Positions 62,661 through 64,000 of a stretch of 64,000 nucleotides of DNA are shown here, in pieces. The position numbers and the translations under genes were made by a program. The notes beneath the pieces are model-generated. The model saw nothing but the letters and a program-made list of their open reading frames with translations. It searched no databases and was not told where the DNA came from. Location: NCBI GenBank assembly GCA_013239625.1, contig MU053934.1, positions 3,056,399-3,120,398 of the forward strand. Reading direction: 5' to 3'. The number at the start of each line of letters is the position of its first letter. Position 1 is the first letter of the stretch. The stretch comes from Lama guanicoe. Taxonomy: Eukaryota.

Positions 62661-64000
62661 GAGAATTTCAGGATGGGGACATTAGAGCATTAAACCAAGT
62701 GCAGGACCCTTCAGACTGCGGGGTGCTCTGCCCACCCAGAAGCTGGCCCTCTCCCCGGCTCAACTCCTTAGAGTCCTGTCTGTCCGTCTGCAGTGTTGCC
62801 CAGGACAACCAAATCCACTTGGGGCCACCAGGGGCCAGTCTCTCCAGGTTGCTGAGAGCAACTGGCCCTACCCCGGCCCCTCTAGTCCTGCCATCTTGCA
62901 CCCAGAGAACTCGCCTCCCCTCTCCCTGCACAGAGAAGGCGCCCAGGCAATGAGCGCAGCGTCTCTCAGCCCAACACCGCCTCTTAAAGAAAGGGAAACT
63001 GAGGCTCGGAGAAGGGAAGCCATTGGTCTAAGGTTTTTGAGTCAGGGGGGTCTCTAGCCCTGCTGTGACAGGCAGAGACAGGAGCACAGGCAGTGCCAGC
63101 ACAGGCCTGGTGACGATGACCTTCTGCAGGACCTGCCTCCCTTCCCTCGGCGCTGGAAGGTGCTGAGAAATGTTTGATGGCTGACGGTGAGTGTGCAGAT
63201 AAGGGCAGGCGTGGGGAGGGGCCCTGGTGCCAGGCCACTTGGGAAGCTGGGAACTGAACTGGGGCAGGAATCAGTTTTCCCAGGCTTCCTACTCAGGTTT
63301 CTCTGCCCCCTTCCTGGCTGCCTGCCGTTCTCCTTCCTCGGGCTGGGGTCCCTGAGGCAACTGAAGCCTGGATCAGTGTCCCGGGGAGATTTGTAAGTAG
63401 AGGGAGCCCAGCCCACCTAGGGGACAGGCCCCCGAGCTGCTGTGAACCTCAGCTTACCCCACGGGCACCCTGGGTATAAAAACACCCATCTCCCGTGAGG
63501 TCAAACGAGGTGACCTGTGTGTGACATTTCATCCAGGTCCTAGCACACAGTAGGTACTCAATGATGGTAGCTGTGATATATCCTTCTAGGGCCTCTCCAT
63601 GAAGTTCAATTCAGGTTAACTCAAAACACGTGGATCGTGTATAAGACAAAGTGTAGATTACACTGTGCATAAGACACTCTCCTAAGACAGTGGGAAGACC
63701 TGAAAAGAACCAAGCACGGCCCCTGCCTTCCAGCAGCTCATGGTCTTGGGAAAGATCAGACAAAGTCACTCTGGGGAATAAGAGACTCCCTCCAGCTGGA
63801 TCAGAAAGGCTTCCTGGAGGAGGGGGCATGTGAGCTCTTAGACATGTGGACGTGGGAAGGAAAGGCCCTCCAGGCAGAGGGAACAGCTGGAGCAAAGGCC
63901 CTGAGGTAGAAATGCCCAGGGAGTGTTTGGTGACCAGGAGGCGGGAAGCAGACAGAACAGGAAGTGAAGTGCTGAGCCCTGAAGCCAGAGAAGGTCCCAT

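Larger units (their letters stand above)
62322..62750. mobile_element. MER45A-like hAT DNA transposon, interrupted by two L1 fragments
   Basis: Left half caggactggcc...gcaaaacaaaaatgcagggccccgtgttcaaa; right half gagcattaaaccaagtg...gaagctggccct. The ends are roughly inverted. Confidence 0.7.

Overview
This is GC-rich mammalian genomic DNA. It is most likely camelid, because it has a tRNA-derived SINE of the camelid type and I recognised no Alu, Bov-tA or PRE-1 elements. The window is the conserved C1QTNF6 - SSTR3 - RAC2 block, with all three genes on the minus strand. C1QTNF6 is complete (5' exon plus two coding exons, 264 aa) and SSTR3 is complete (5' exon plus one coding exon, 423 aa). RAC2 is represented by exons 3-7; I did not find exons 1-2, which presumably lie beyond the right edge. 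By synteny IL2RB should lie beyond the left edge, and I see no IL2RB exon here. The rest is intronic or intergenic DNA rich in MIR, L2, L1, MaLR/ERVL LTRs and hAT DNA transposons, plus a CpG island near 27.0-27.6 kb. Nearly all other ORFs in the six-frame track look like noise. I found no convincing new multi-gene system. The most interesting details are: a spliced in-frame 28-aa N-terminal extension of SSTR3; start-codon turnover and coupled uORFs in C1QTNF6; a 10-bp-phased CpG array in the CpG island; a RAC2 poly(A) site donated by an antisense LTR; two L1 insertions at the same target site; and a tail-less L1 insertion. Repeat family names and ortholog comparisons come from memory, not from a database search.
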